Positions 20,119 to 29,273 of a stretch of 63,892 nucleotides of DNA are shown here, piece after piece (position 1 is the stretch's first letter; every line of letters starts with the position of its first letter). The stretch spans positions 1 to 63,892 of IMG/VR virus record IMGVR_UViG_3300033433_000002; one strand, 5' to 3'. The stretch comes from a virus (lineage: Duplodnaviria; Caudoviricetes). Under the pieces are notes generated by a model that was not told the origin of the DNA, made no database searches, and was given only the letters and a program-made list of their open reading frames with translations. The position numbers and the translations under genes were made by a program.

Positions 20119-20684
20119 TATGCGCTCCCAAAAAGGTTCTTATCCCAATTAGCAGGATCTTTGAGTTGTCGGTATCCGAGGGCGGCCACGGTTCCAATAC
20201 CTGAGCCAATCGCATTCTCGGTACTTGCGTTCTCCACCTGTTTTGACTCTTCCTCTCCGATAGCCTCCCGAACAGATGAGGCCGCAAGGCTCTGAATTCC
20301 CTCCTGTGCCTCCCCCTCTTGTCCCCTTCCAATGTCAATAATTGCCTGTCGCTCCCCTAATGTCCTCCCCCTTGCCTTGCCCTCTCCCGCCACCTGAGCC
20401 TTTGTTTCTATTCCCGCGAGTTCATTTAATGCCCTGGCGTTCTGGGCTGGATTCACAGAGGCCTTTGTGGGATCAACATTCTTCATGACATCGGCGTTAA
20501 TCGCACCGGCCACCTGTTCTTTTTCCTGAGCCTCAGTCAACGGGTTGATAGTTTTCGAAATCCATTTGTCCATTAGGGGCTTATAATTGGTCTGGTAATA
20601 ATTCCAAAGTTTCGCATTGATAATATTTGAAGTCCCCTGAGCTGCCGTTTCATGCACTTTGGGAGCCTTACCGCCTGATCCCAT
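20118..20684 (-). CDS. Putative internal virion protein
   Basis: MGSGGKAPKV start typical of podovirus ejection proteins; follows a GNAT gene. Confidence 0.55.
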   Translation of the reverse strand: MGSGGKAPKVHETAAQGTSNIINAKLWNYYQTNYKPLMDKWISKTINPLTEAQEKEQVAGAINADVMKNVDPTKASVNPAQNARALNELAGIETKAQVAGEGKARGRTLGERQAIIDIGRGQEGEAQEGIQSLAASSVREAIGEEESKQVENASTENAIGSGIGTVAALGYRQLKDPANWDKNLFGSA

Positions 20685-21129
20685 GGTGATCCCCCTTCAT
20701 ATACCTGAATATCTTTTTATCCCCGTTCTGAGGAGCCTGTTTGAATCCCAATGTTTCAAACCACTTCCTTGGTTTTCCATTCCCGTAGGCTGATAGGGCC
20801 TCGATACAACCCCCATCCTTTATGATGGTGTCTGAAATCTCCCTGAGAAACTTCGTCATACCCACGGAGATCAACCCGAGCTTTCCTTCGGCATCGGCAA
20901 AGTAAACCCTCCACATTTTCGGACCCAACGGAGTCATGATAAGGACGGCGCAGGGTTCGCCATCATTCGAGCATAAACTTACCGCCCATGGTTTATGAAC
21001 CATGTTTACGAATCCCTCTCTCATTTCGTGAAACGAAAGGCCAAAGGCTTCAACGCTTTCCAGTGATATTGAGGAAAGGTTTTTAAAAACCTGATCGATC
21101 GATTCTTGCGTCAAGGGTCCTATTCTCAT
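20668..21129 (-). CDS. GNAT-fold acetyltransferase-like virion assembly protein (T7 gp13-like position)
   Basis: C-terminal N..RKWFETLGF motif; start MRIGPL. Confidence 0.6.
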   Translation of the reverse strand: MRIGPLTQESIDQVFKNLSSISLESVEAFGLSFHEMREGFVNMVHKPWAVSLCSNDGEPCAVLIMTPLGPKMWRVYFADAEGKLGLISVGMTKFLREISDTIIKDGGCIEALSAYGNGKPRKWFETLGFKQAPQNGDKKIFRYMKGDHHGIRR

Positions 21130-21725
21130 GCCATACACCAGAAAACCAGCATCGACATATCGGCTGCCGGTAGAATGTGAAGCAGCAACGGCTCCCCGTT
21201 CCAAACATAACCCTTCGGATACCTGCTGGAATATTGTGCATTTCCTCCCTCCATTGAAATTTCAGTTCCGGGAGTATATGAGGAATCCAAGAGATAAAGA
21301 TGCGGAGCACAGTCGGTCCCTTGCAGGATGTCACCTACACAGACGTAAGGCTTTGGACCTCCAAAGCTTGTGAACCCTACGGATACCGGATCGATATAGA
21401 AATCATATCCCTGTCCCCCTGTGGCTATAAATGCCGGTGTGACAATAGCACTTGCAGAAGGGTTATACCCAAAAAATGATGAAGTCCCAATTTGAGTGTT
21501 TAAGTCAATCCATCCGGCTGGGAGAGGTCCAGGAGGGGTCGGAGTGGGTGGAGGGATAGGCGGAAGTGGAGTGATAATGGTTGGAACTTTTGTTACTACA
21601 ACCTGTCCCTGTTCGGTATCCTTCCCCTTGTAATAACCACGAATACTATCCAAGGCCCTCTTCACATCATCCATGAAGGCTTTTTGATCGTGAGTTCTGA
21701 TCGAAGGGATAACGGGTGATTTCAA
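21126..21725 (-). CDS. Tail-associated protein; Pro-rich linker plus C-terminal domain paralogous to 60847-61359
   Basis: FFGYN, F.ATGG..Y.F.IDPVSVG and GGNA.Y shared with the 170-aa lysis-region protein. Confidence 0.55.
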   Translation of the reverse strand: MKSPVIPSIRTHDQKAFMDDVKRALDSIRGYYKGKDTEQGQVVVTKVPTIITPLPPIPPPTPTPPGPLPAGWIDLNTQIGTSSFFGYNPSASAIVTPAFIATGGQGYDFYIDPVSVGFTSFGGPKPYVCVGDILQGTDCAPHLYLLDSSYTPGTEISMEGGNAQYSSRYPKGYVWNGEPLLLHILPAADMSMLVFWCMA

Positions 21726-24052
21726 ATTGGAATCTCCTCTAATACTGAGGCCAATAGAATTGCGCTCACTTCTCCAGACGTTCTCCCATTCGAATACGGG
21801 TCAATATCTACCGTATCAACAAGCAACTTTGAAGGTAATCTTTGAGGTTTGTCAGAAATCACCTGAATTGTCATGGTAAGCGGTGCCTCGGGATAGATCA
21901 CATCAACATAGACTGGATACGCCGTCGCCAAAACCTTGATGCAACTAAAAGAGGTCTTTGCGAATTTAAACCTTTTCGTTTTATATTTGGCCGACTTGAA
22001 AACTGGTCCCTCATTCCAGCCAACGATCTGGTATGATGATGAAACCAAATTCAACCTGCCGTTTGCAGGATCATAATATCCAGAAGGGCAATATGTATTG
22101 AGGTTTATCAGGTCCTTTGTCTTTAGGTCGAATAGAAATCCCCCTCGTGCTCCAGATGATAGCTGGTAAAAAGAGACGTACTTTCCTTCCCAGTAATAAG
22201 CGTTTATCGAGGAAGGATTGTAGAGTGCCGCCCATTGTTCCTTTGTCATGAGATCCTTGGTAAGAACATCATCTATGCTCGGACCAATCGCCTTTAATCC
22301 TTCCGGGCAGGGATAGATCGTCGTACCATTCACACTCACGATCCCTCGCTTTGAGAGACAGGACATAGCGTCTCCGATCTTCTCCATAACCACGTTTGCA
22401 GGATCATTCCCAACGGCAAGGTAGGGTTGCCCCAGGGTGAGAGCAACAATCGTTGTTCCAAAACCTCCAATCCCTACAACGTCCGTATCGACGGCATACT
22501 GTTGGGTTACGGGCCATGCGTGAGGAAAGTTTGGGACGCTAAGACAGACCTGATTCCCGGAGAATCCTCCAATGATCCCTCCCGGGACTTCATTCAACCC
22601 ATGAAGTCCCGGGCCGACCGAACTATCCCCGACGGGAATCCCGTTGACATATCCTGGGGGTTGTGACCAATCCAAGCTTGGGCAGACCACTCCGAGATTG
22701 GAACTATAAATTGCATGGTCGTATGCAAAAGTAGTTCTTTGCATGGCCCCTTCTGCAAGTTCGAACTCCGTAACTAATTGAAACTGACTGGTTCCAGATG
22801 ATGTTTCATTCGACAGATAAACTCTCACATACTTTAGTTTATACTTTGGGTCCCAGTCTTGGTCACTCTTTGAATCTGTAAATGGATATTGTACTTCAAA
22901 GTGCAACACGTTCCCTTCGTAAAACGGAGATACTATCTGGCTCTGTCCTTCTCCGGGCACCCACGGAGGACCCTCTTGACCATACTCATTAACAAGCGTA
23001 TATGTGAATGCCTTCGTCTGGGCTAAGGTTAGGTCTGGGGTCGGAGGATTCCAAATGAGTTGAATCGCATTGATCTGAAGATGCTTATTCGAATAGGTAG
23101 GCGGAGTATCTTTGTCTGATGCAGTAACTAATATTCTAATGTATCTGTATCTGTGCGCTGAGGCTTCCCATGTCCATGTTTGACTTTCAAAGGTTCCTCC
23201 CCACGTCACTCCAGTTGCCGCAGATAGAATGACAGTCCTAGGATTACCACTCGAATCAGTTCCCGGAGGAAAGGTTGGATCATCAGAAGCTAAGACGGTA
23301 AATGCGGCAGGCCCACAATTTTGAGTTTGAGTATCATCGAACCACATCGTTAAAGCATTGGGAGAATAAAACGGAATGGTTATTCTGCTCCAAAAAGTCT
23401 CTAAATCGTATTGCCAGAATGCGTTATTTCCCCCAGACGGGTTTAGATCGTTAACTATTCCTGCCCTCTCAATGTTATACGCCTTGTCTGTCTGCCAAAA
23501 AATAGCTTTATCCGGAACATCCTGAACGCAATTTCCAGGAGAATGGCTTACAATGGGAGTCGTTGTCGTTGAATAAAAGTCTCCAGCGGCGGCCCGGTCT
23601 GGATAAACTACCAGATTTCCAGATCCCGTAGTAGCTGGGGGGAGGGCTACCGTCATAGGACTATTCGGAGCCGGAGGACACGGATAGTAGAACTCGCCCG
23701 GAAGCATCTTGATTCTACCGGGGGTTAGGCCAGTCGCCTTCAATAATCCGTTCTCTGTGTAATAAATCCTGTTGAATTGATCATTTGGAATAGGACTTTT
23801 TACGACATCGACATCGGTAAGCCAGGATAGAAAGTTTTGTGTCGGTGGGTTCTTAGGTTGATAGTAAATGAAGAGAGATTTTGTTCCGGCTGGAACGGTC
23901 GCACCGGAAATGATAAGGTCAGTAGAGAGAGGGGTGATACCTCCACGGTCCAGTCTCACATTCTCCGCAACCTGAGATTTGTTGGGAGTCAGGAGAACGG
24001 GGTCTAAGACTTTGGGGACCACGCCACCGAAAGCATCCACCTTTAAAAGCAT
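21722..24052 (-). CDS. Tail nozzle/stabilisation protein with an inserted discoidin-like domain
   Basis: F.G..P, YTYTLVN-like ..GQEGPP, SVPNFPHAWP, CLSKRGIV; insert AFTVLASDD...YRYIRILVT...LQINAIQL. Confidence 0.7.
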   Translation of the reverse strand: MLLKVDAFGGVVPKVLDPVLLTPNKSQVAENVRLDRGGITPLSTDLIISGATVPAGTKSLFIYYQPKNPPTQNFLSWLTDVDVVKSPIPNDQFNRIYYTENGLLKATGLTPGRIKMLPGEFYYPCPPAPNSPMTVALPPATTGSGNLVVYPDRAAAGDFYSTTTTPIVSHSPGNCVQDVPDKAIFWQTDKAYNIERAGIVNDLNPSGGNNAFWQYDLETFWSRITIPFYSPNALTMWFDDTQTQNCGPAAFTVLASDDPTFPPGTDSSGNPRTVILSAATGVTWGGTFESQTWTWEASAHRYRYIRILVTASDKDTPPTYSNKHLQINAIQLIWNPPTPDLTLAQTKAFTYTLVNEYGQEGPPWVPGEGQSQIVSPFYEGNVLHFEVQYPFTDSKSDQDWDPKYKLKYVRVYLSNETSSGTSQFQLVTEFELAEGAMQRTTFAYDHAIYSSNLGVVCPSLDWSQPPGYVNGIPVGDSSVGPGLHGLNEVPGGIIGGFSGNQVCLSVPNFPHAWPVTQQYAVDTDVVGIGGFGTTIVALTLGQPYLAVGNDPANVVMEKIGDAMSCLSKRGIVSVNGTTIYPCPEGLKAIGPSIDDVLTKDLMTKEQWAALYNPSSINAYYWEGKYVSFYQLSSGARGGFLFDLKTKDLINLNTYCPSGYYDPANGRLNLVSSSYQIVGWNEGPVFKSAKYKTKRFKFAKTSFSCIKVLATAYPVYVDVIYPEAPLTMTIQVISDKPQRLPSKLLVDTVDIDPYSNGRTSGEVSAILLASVLEEIPI

Positions 24053-24735
24053 TACGCTCCTTCTTTCTCAACCTTTTGTTCCTGTTCCGCCTTTATTCCT
24101 AACCCGGTCATAAATGCTTTATAGCAGGCGTCAGCCTTTGCCTGTGCATTTGGGATCGTCGTACTTTCCTTCAGACATCGATAAATTCCATACTCTACCA
24201 TCGCCGGCCAATAAGAATGATCCAGTGGGAAAATTCCCGTGTCTGCCGTCAAAAGTGCTGGAGTTGTTGAAACGATAACGTTCAACTTATCAACGGGTGG
24301 AACTGGCTGGGGAGGGAAAACGTAGAACACTTTTGGATTTCTCGGGTCGAGAATCACCTGTTGAACGTAATTATCCTTCCATTCCTGCGCCTGCCAGTTC
24401 GGAAGCAAGTTGTCAATCCGGTCTTGCATAACCGAGTCTACCGCCCCTCCCTGTGAGTTCGAGATCACTTCGATGAGTTGAAGGTCTCCAGCGGGAAGAG
24501 ACTGGGCCGACCCTCCAACAAGGGTGAGGGTTCTTGAAACTGGATTACAGGAAGGCTTCAGGTTAATCGCTTCCAGAAGTCCAAGGTTCAGATAAGGGAT
24601 GACAACGGAAGGAGGCCAGGTCTGCGCGACAAACGCAGGGTAGTCTGGAGATCCAGTCTGCACGTGGACAAAATCTTCAAGTTGCTGCCCTATGAGCATC
24701 AGGATATATTGAAGGTCATTCGCGGGAGGTGCCAT
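24052..24735 (-). CDS. Head-tail adaptor protein (DUF6682-like)
   Basis: W...YLN.G, L..G..QSLP, DPRNPKVFYVFPP, AMVEYGIYRC. Confidence 0.65.
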   Translation of the reverse strand: MAPPANDLQYILMLIGQQLEDFVHVQTGSPDYPAFVAQTWPPSVVIPYLNLGLLEAINLKPSCNPVSRTLTLVGGSAQSLPAGDLQLIEVISNSQGGAVDSVMQDRIDNLLPNWQAQEWKDNYVQQVILDPRNPKVFYVFPPQPVPPVDKLNVIVSTTPALLTADTGIFPLDHSYWPAMVEYGIYRCLKESTTIPNAQAKADACYKAFMTGLGIKAEQEQKVEKEGA

Positions 24736-24742
24736 TTATCCC

Positions 24743-25837
24743 TCACATATAATCGCTTCGCTTCATTCTTCTGTTCTCGGGTACAAGGTGCATCCTCGTA
24801 TTGATGATGGTCTCGAATTCCCTCATAAAGAACAGCATGAAGTCTTGATCGGCGTCCGGGATCGATACCCCCTTCTTGATAATCCTGACAATCCCCTCCC
24901 GGAATATTTCATCAAACATCCCATTCCAGGGGATGATGTCTTGGGGATTTGAAATCACAGGACCCTTAGACCAGTAATTACCCCTTACCACAAGGTCGGT
25001 TGTCGGCTTCGGCCTGAACGAGATTTCAAATCCAATGATCTTGTAACAAACAGGCCTCGCCTGTGGAGTCTCGCCCGCGTATTGATGGGTACTGTAATAA
25101 CTATGCCAGTCTTGCCAGTCCTGCCCGATATACTCTTCGGCATTGTCAAGATACATTGGAGTCAGGTAATTTCTAGGGGTGGAAGGGTTCTCGTCCCAAG
25201 GAACAGGAAGCAAAGTCACAGTCTGACCGATATAGATCGAGGGGTTTTCTTCAGTGATCTGTGTCGTTCCCGTGGCAACAAGGGGTTCCACCTGCAAGAC
25301 CTTGATCCCAAGGGAATAGACCAATGGACTTTTCAAGGATATGGCTATCGTGACCGGAGGAAGTGCGTCGGTCCCGGTCTGAACGATGACCCACTGAGGA
25401 GGCGCGGCAGGATAAAGGGCGGGTTGCCTGACAACGATCTCGTCCTTGATGACTACCTGAACTGCGTTCCCTGCGGCGGCGCCCGTATCGCTGAGACTCG
25501 TCACATTAACGGTCAAGGTTTTCTCGGTTGGATTATACGCCGTTATCGTCCCCGTCATGGTCCCTGTGTAGTTGAATTGGCCAACAACCTCTTCGGTCCT
25601 GGGCTTCTCCGCGAAGGCCAGGAAGTCGATCGGGAGTTTTCCCTTGAACCCATAGGCGGGAAGCAAGAGGGCAAGTTTGCCCATTACCGCAAGGTCTGAT
25701 TTTCTCCTGAGGAGGTTCTTTTGAAGCAGGGATACAATAGAGTTACAGGCCCCTTTAAGGGTAATTCCTATCTCATCTTCTGATTTCCCTACTCTCGGGA
25801 TGACATCAAACACGAGTTCTTTGAAGGTGTAGGCCAT
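24743..25837 (-). CDS. Adaptor-like structural protein with an inserted fibre-type beta domain
   Basis: Start MAYTFKEL (TAATG overlap); LPIDFL...RP.CY...FRPKP adaptor motifs flank the insert MTGTITAYN..TLTVNVTS. Confidence 0.5.
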   Translation of the reverse strand: MAYTFKELVFDVIPRVGKSEDEIGITLKGACNSIVSLLQKNLLRRKSDLAVMGKLALLLPAYGFKGKLPIDFLAFAEKPRTEEVVGQFNYTGTMTGTITAYNPTEKTLTVNVTSLSDTGAAAGNAVQVVIKDEIVVRQPALYPAAPPQWVIVQTGTDALPPVTIAISLKSPLVYSLGIKVLQVEPLVATGTTQITEENPSIYIGQTVTLLPVPWDENPSTPRNYLTPMYLDNAEEYIGQDWQDWHSYYSTHQYAGETPQARPVCYKIIGFEISFRPKPTTDLVVRGNYWSKGPVISNPQDIIPWNGMFDEIFREGIVRIIKKGVSIPDADQDFMLFFMREFETIINTRMHLVPENRRMKRSDYM

Positions 25838-26064
25838 TATTTTTTCTCTTCGGGCTTGGGTTGTTGTGCCTTCAACCACTCCTCCCGCTTCTGGATGAGT
25901 TCTTTAAGGTTGTTCTGGGCCAGTTGGGTTTGATAGGCGTTCTTCTCGATGATAAGTTGAAGAATATGAATATCCTTGTCGAAAGGTGTTTCTTTCTGGG
26001 CCTCCTGCGCTAGGACAGAGAGTACCAGAACCAGAATCAATCCTATCGTGATCAGTGTTCTCAT
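25837..26064 (-). CDS. Small secreted coiled-coil protein (fibre chaperone-like)
   Basis: MRTLITIGLILVLVLSVLA signal, then a heptad helix; coupled to the fibre gene. Confidence 0.5.
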   Translation of the reverse strand: MRTLITIGLILVLVLSVLAQEAQKETPFDKDIHILQLIIEKNAYQTQLAQNNLKELIQKREEWLKAQQPKPEEKK

Positions 26065-27926
26065 TACTTCGTTCCTCCTATGCCTACACAAGAGTATGAA
26101 AATCCCACAAACGTAGCATCGCAGGTTACGGTAAGGGCACTAGCGCTCCTGGCAGATAGATAGCACTTAGCCGAAGCTGATGGGGTAATATTACAAGCTG
26201 GAGTCAGATTATAAGCATTTGCAAACGTTAAGGTACAGGCCGTAGGACTACCACTTCCAAGAGTGACATATCCTGCCGTATCGGTGCTATACGTTGCTAC
26301 AGTAGGGGTCGTTCCACAAGTGGAGGCAGCCGGAGAAGATAGGGTTCCATTGGCAGTATCGGAAAGAAGATGACCTTTGTTTGTAATTGCATAAAGAGTA
26401 TAGCCAGCTAAACGCCAATCTGTGAGATATTGTTTCCCTGATCCCACGTTTGATTCATACCTACTTATAACGAAATCATAATTTGCCGTTGTTCCAGAGG
26501 AATGATCTACGGTAGTAGTAAAAATATTTCCGGTACAATATGCGGAGGTTGCTGTGCAACCAGTAGTAGTCGTGAATGTACCATTTCCCTTTGGTACTAT
26601 ACCTATGTCCGAGGATGCGTTAGATGTAGTAACTCCGATATACGGAGCCCAAGTATTATTTATCGTTAAATTAGCATCCCCCACACCTATGGCATTGGAT
26701 AACCAGATGTTCCCATTGGCATCTAAAAGAGAAGAAATCCTAGAAGAACCGGCCAACGCCAGGGCAGCCCCATTCACCCGATACGTCCCCGATATATTCA
26801 TGTCCCCGGTCACATCAAGGGCATACCCAGGAGAGGCATTCAGAATCCCCACCTTTCCGGTTCCCTTCGGCAAGAGTTCAAGGTTGATGTTGGAGTCAGA
26901 CCCCGCAGGACCTAAGACCAATAAGGCAGGGTTCCCGGCTGCCGCATTCGTTACCTGAAGGTAATCGACCGCCGAGGCCGTAGGGCTTGACTGAATCCAG
27001 ACATTTCCATTGACATCCTTGACTGAGGCTATGATGGGAGTCGTCAGGGTAGGTTGTGTCGCCTTGACTCCGTTCCCGGTCCCGGTAAAGGTGTCGCCGA
27101 GGTTTGCCAGGGCAAGTTGAGTTCCGTTGATCCGATAGACCTTACCGGAGGCAATATTGATGTCTCCCGAGGAGTCAATAAAGTACGATGGAGACATGGT
27201 TCCGAATCCAATATATCCCGTACTTCCCTTTGGCATAAAAGACATGGATATATTCGAATCGGTTCCTTGGGCGTAGAGTTCAAGGACCGGCGCAGCAGTA
27301 TTCGCGTTTACGATCCCAAAGTAATCTGTTGCGTTCGAAAGTCCACTTCCTACGATCCACGGCTTTGAAGCCGAGTCATAGATATACGTCATTATAGGGT
27401 TAGTAATCGTTTTGTTGGTAAGAGTCTCCGATCCTGCCAATGTCGATAGCGTTCCGGTGGTAGGCAAGGTAAGACCCGTTGAAGCCGTAATGGTCCAGGT
27501 TAACGGGAAACTTCCAGATATGGTTTGAATACTCGCTGCATTATTGACGGCTCCCGATCCTCCATAGGCAGGCCCAAGAACGTTTGATGTAAACTTAGAG
27601 ACCCCATCAAAAAGCTGTACCCCTGAGTCAGTCCATGCGATGATCCCCGTTCCGGATACCGTGACATCATACGTTCCATCGGCTGCATAGAATTGAATCC
27701 GCCCTGTCGCGTTCGATGTCAAAGGGTTTGCAAGAGGAGTGGTCCCTCCCGAATCCGAATAGATGGTAGAGAGGTTCGTGGTTCCGGCAGCATACACAGA
27801 CGCGGAGGCCCCCGCCACGATGTTCCCGTAGATGTCGGTAATGATCCGCTGGTAACGACCCAGGGCAAAGGCATCAGGGGCCATCATCAAAAATATTAAA
27901 ACAAGTGCCAACAGTACCCTTTTCAT
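26064..27926 (-). CDS. Tail fibre/spike: signal peptide, virion-attachment domain, three internal repeats
   Basis: GGAGGT RBS, MKRVLLALVLIFLMMAPDAFA; VYAAGTT...IYSD.GG...NP...G.IQFYAADGTYDV; three D.NG..W...PKG.G repeats. Confidence 0.7.
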   Translation of the reverse strand: MKRVLLALVLIFLMMAPDAFALGRYQRIITDIYGNIVAGASASVYAAGTTNLSTIYSDSGGTTPLANPLTSNATGRIQFYAADGTYDVTVSGTGIIAWTDSGVQLFDGVSKFTSNVLGPAYGGSGAVNNAASIQTISGSFPLTWTITASTGLTLPTTGTLSTLAGSETLTNKTITNPIMTYIYDSASKPWIVGSGLSNATDYFGIVNANTAAPVLELYAQGTDSNISMSFMPKGSTGYIGFGTMSPSYFIDSSGDINIASGKVYRINGTQLALANLGDTFTGTGNGVKATQPTLTTPIIASVKDVNGNVWIQSSPTASAVDYLQVTNAAAGNPALLVLGPAGSDSNINLELLPKGTGKVGILNASPGYALDVTGDMNISGTYRVNGAALALAGSSRISSLLDANGNIWLSNAIGVGDANLTINNTWAPYIGVTTSNASSDIGIVPKGNGTFTTTTGCTATSAYCTGNIFTTTVDHSSGTTANYDFVISRYESNVGSGKQYLTDWRLAGYTLYAITNKGHLLSDTANGTLSSPAASTCGTTPTVATYSTDTAGYVTLGSGSPTACTLTFANAYNLTPACNITPSASAKCYLSARSASALTVTCDATFVGFSYSCVGIGGTK

Positions 27927-27937
27927 GGGGACCTCCA

Positions 27938-28567
27938 TTAAATTTCCAGGTTCACCAAAGGGGCCTGGTCTTTTACCTTCGGCCTGCCTACCTTTGGTTT
28001 TTCCGCAAGTTTCGCTTGAAGTTCTGCAATCAATTTGCTTTGCTCCGCAATTACCGTGTCTTTGTCTTCGACTTCTTTTTCTTCGGATATATCGTTGGGA
28101 CCTTCGATGTCACCATCGGCAACCATCTCCTTCAACTTCATGTAGGCCTCGATCTCATGTTCCCATGGAACAAGGTTCGAGGTATCTTCAATGAAACCGT
28201 CGGTGTTTGAAGCGCAATAGGTCGCCGTGTCAGCCCGAGAATTTTTCAGGATATATCCCTTGTTCAGCCACTTCTCTATTGAGAGTCCAATAAAGAGTCC
28301 GGCCTTGCTCTTGAATCTCTCAATATCCAATTCTTTCTTTGTCACTTCCGGATCGTATTCCCTGAAATTGCTGTTTCTGACCTTCTCCCCCTTTTCATTT
28401 ACTCCAAGGAGAAAGTTGATATGCTCAGGGTTGGCAATCTCGCAGATCGAGGTAGTGGCTTCCCCCTTTCTGGCAAATGGGACCTGCATAAACTGGTAGG
28501 CATATTTATTGCCCTGCATCGGCACCGGGGTTACCCCCACTCTCTTCGTAAGGCATTCCAGTATCAT
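27938..28567 (-). CDS. Hypothetical protein in the head-tail module
   Basis: GGAGG RBS; 209-aa ORF in operon. Confidence 0.55.
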   Translation of the reverse strand: MILECLTKRVGVTPVPMQGNKYAYQFMQVPFARKGEATTSICEIANPEHINFLLGVNEKGEKVRNSNFREYDPEVTKKELDIERFKSKAGLFIGLSIEKWLNKGYILKNSRADTATYCASNTDGFIEDTSNLVPWEHEIEAYMKLKEMVADGDIEGPNDISEEKEVEDKDTVIAEQSKLIAELQAKLAEKPKVGRPKVKDQAPLVNLEI

Positions 28568-28658
28568 CGTTTTATCCTCCCTGTGAATTTATTCGAGGCT
28601 TGCCTCGTCACCCCGATTGCCCGGCCCCTGCAAGTCTTCCGCCAGGTCCCCGCCGAGT

Positions 28659-29243
28659 TTACGGCTGATCAATGAGGTATCCGATTGAGAATTTACAGGC
28701 AGCTATCCCGGTCGTGGGAGCCACCCCCAACTGCACACCGATAAGCCGATCAAACTTACTTGACCCGTAGGTAATCATCGGTGTAACGCTTGCCGAGACT
28801 CCCGCCCTTCCGCCTGCACTCGAACGACCGATAGTCGATGCAGAAATGGCAAGGAAACCAGTCGCAATGGCCGCACTGGTTGCTCCAAGCCCATCGGCTT
28901 CTGCGGGGAGTGCAGCACCCGAAGCAGAACCTACCTGCGCTGGTATTCCAGGGGTTCCGTTGTACATATCCCATCCGGGTGTAGCCGCAGCCGGTTCCGG
29001 TCGGTTGAGATACCAGTTCAGAAGTCCAACGTTCCAGGTAAGGGCAGTTCCCGTATCACCTGGCCCGACCTCAAGGAAGAGGTCGAGAAGTCGGTGATTT
29101 GCCGGGAGAATCCCAAGCACAAAGATGTTGGTTGTTGCGAGCGTGGCCGCAAGGGTTGCCACATAAGTCCGGTAGTCGAACCGGGCTCCTCCAATGGCCG
29201 CCTTTCCAGGGTTGATGTTGACATCACCGTATAAAACAGTCAT
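28659..29243 (-). CDS. Putative capsid decoration/cement protein
   Basis: Directly after the capsid gene; LGILPANHRLLD..D.G..L..NVG jelly-roll-like pattern. Confidence 0.55.
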   Translation of the reverse strand: MTVLYGDVNINPGKAAIGGARFDYRTYVATLAATLATTNIFVLGILPANHRLLDLFLEVGPGDTGTALTWNVGLLNWYLNRPEPAAATPGWDMYNGTPGIPAQVGSASGAALPAEADGLGATSAAIATGFLAISASTIGRSSAGGRAGVSASVTPMITYGSSKFDRLIGVQLGVAPTTGIAACKFSIGYLIDQP

Positions 29244-29273
29244 TTTCCATTACCTCCCTTCTGTTGAAATTGT

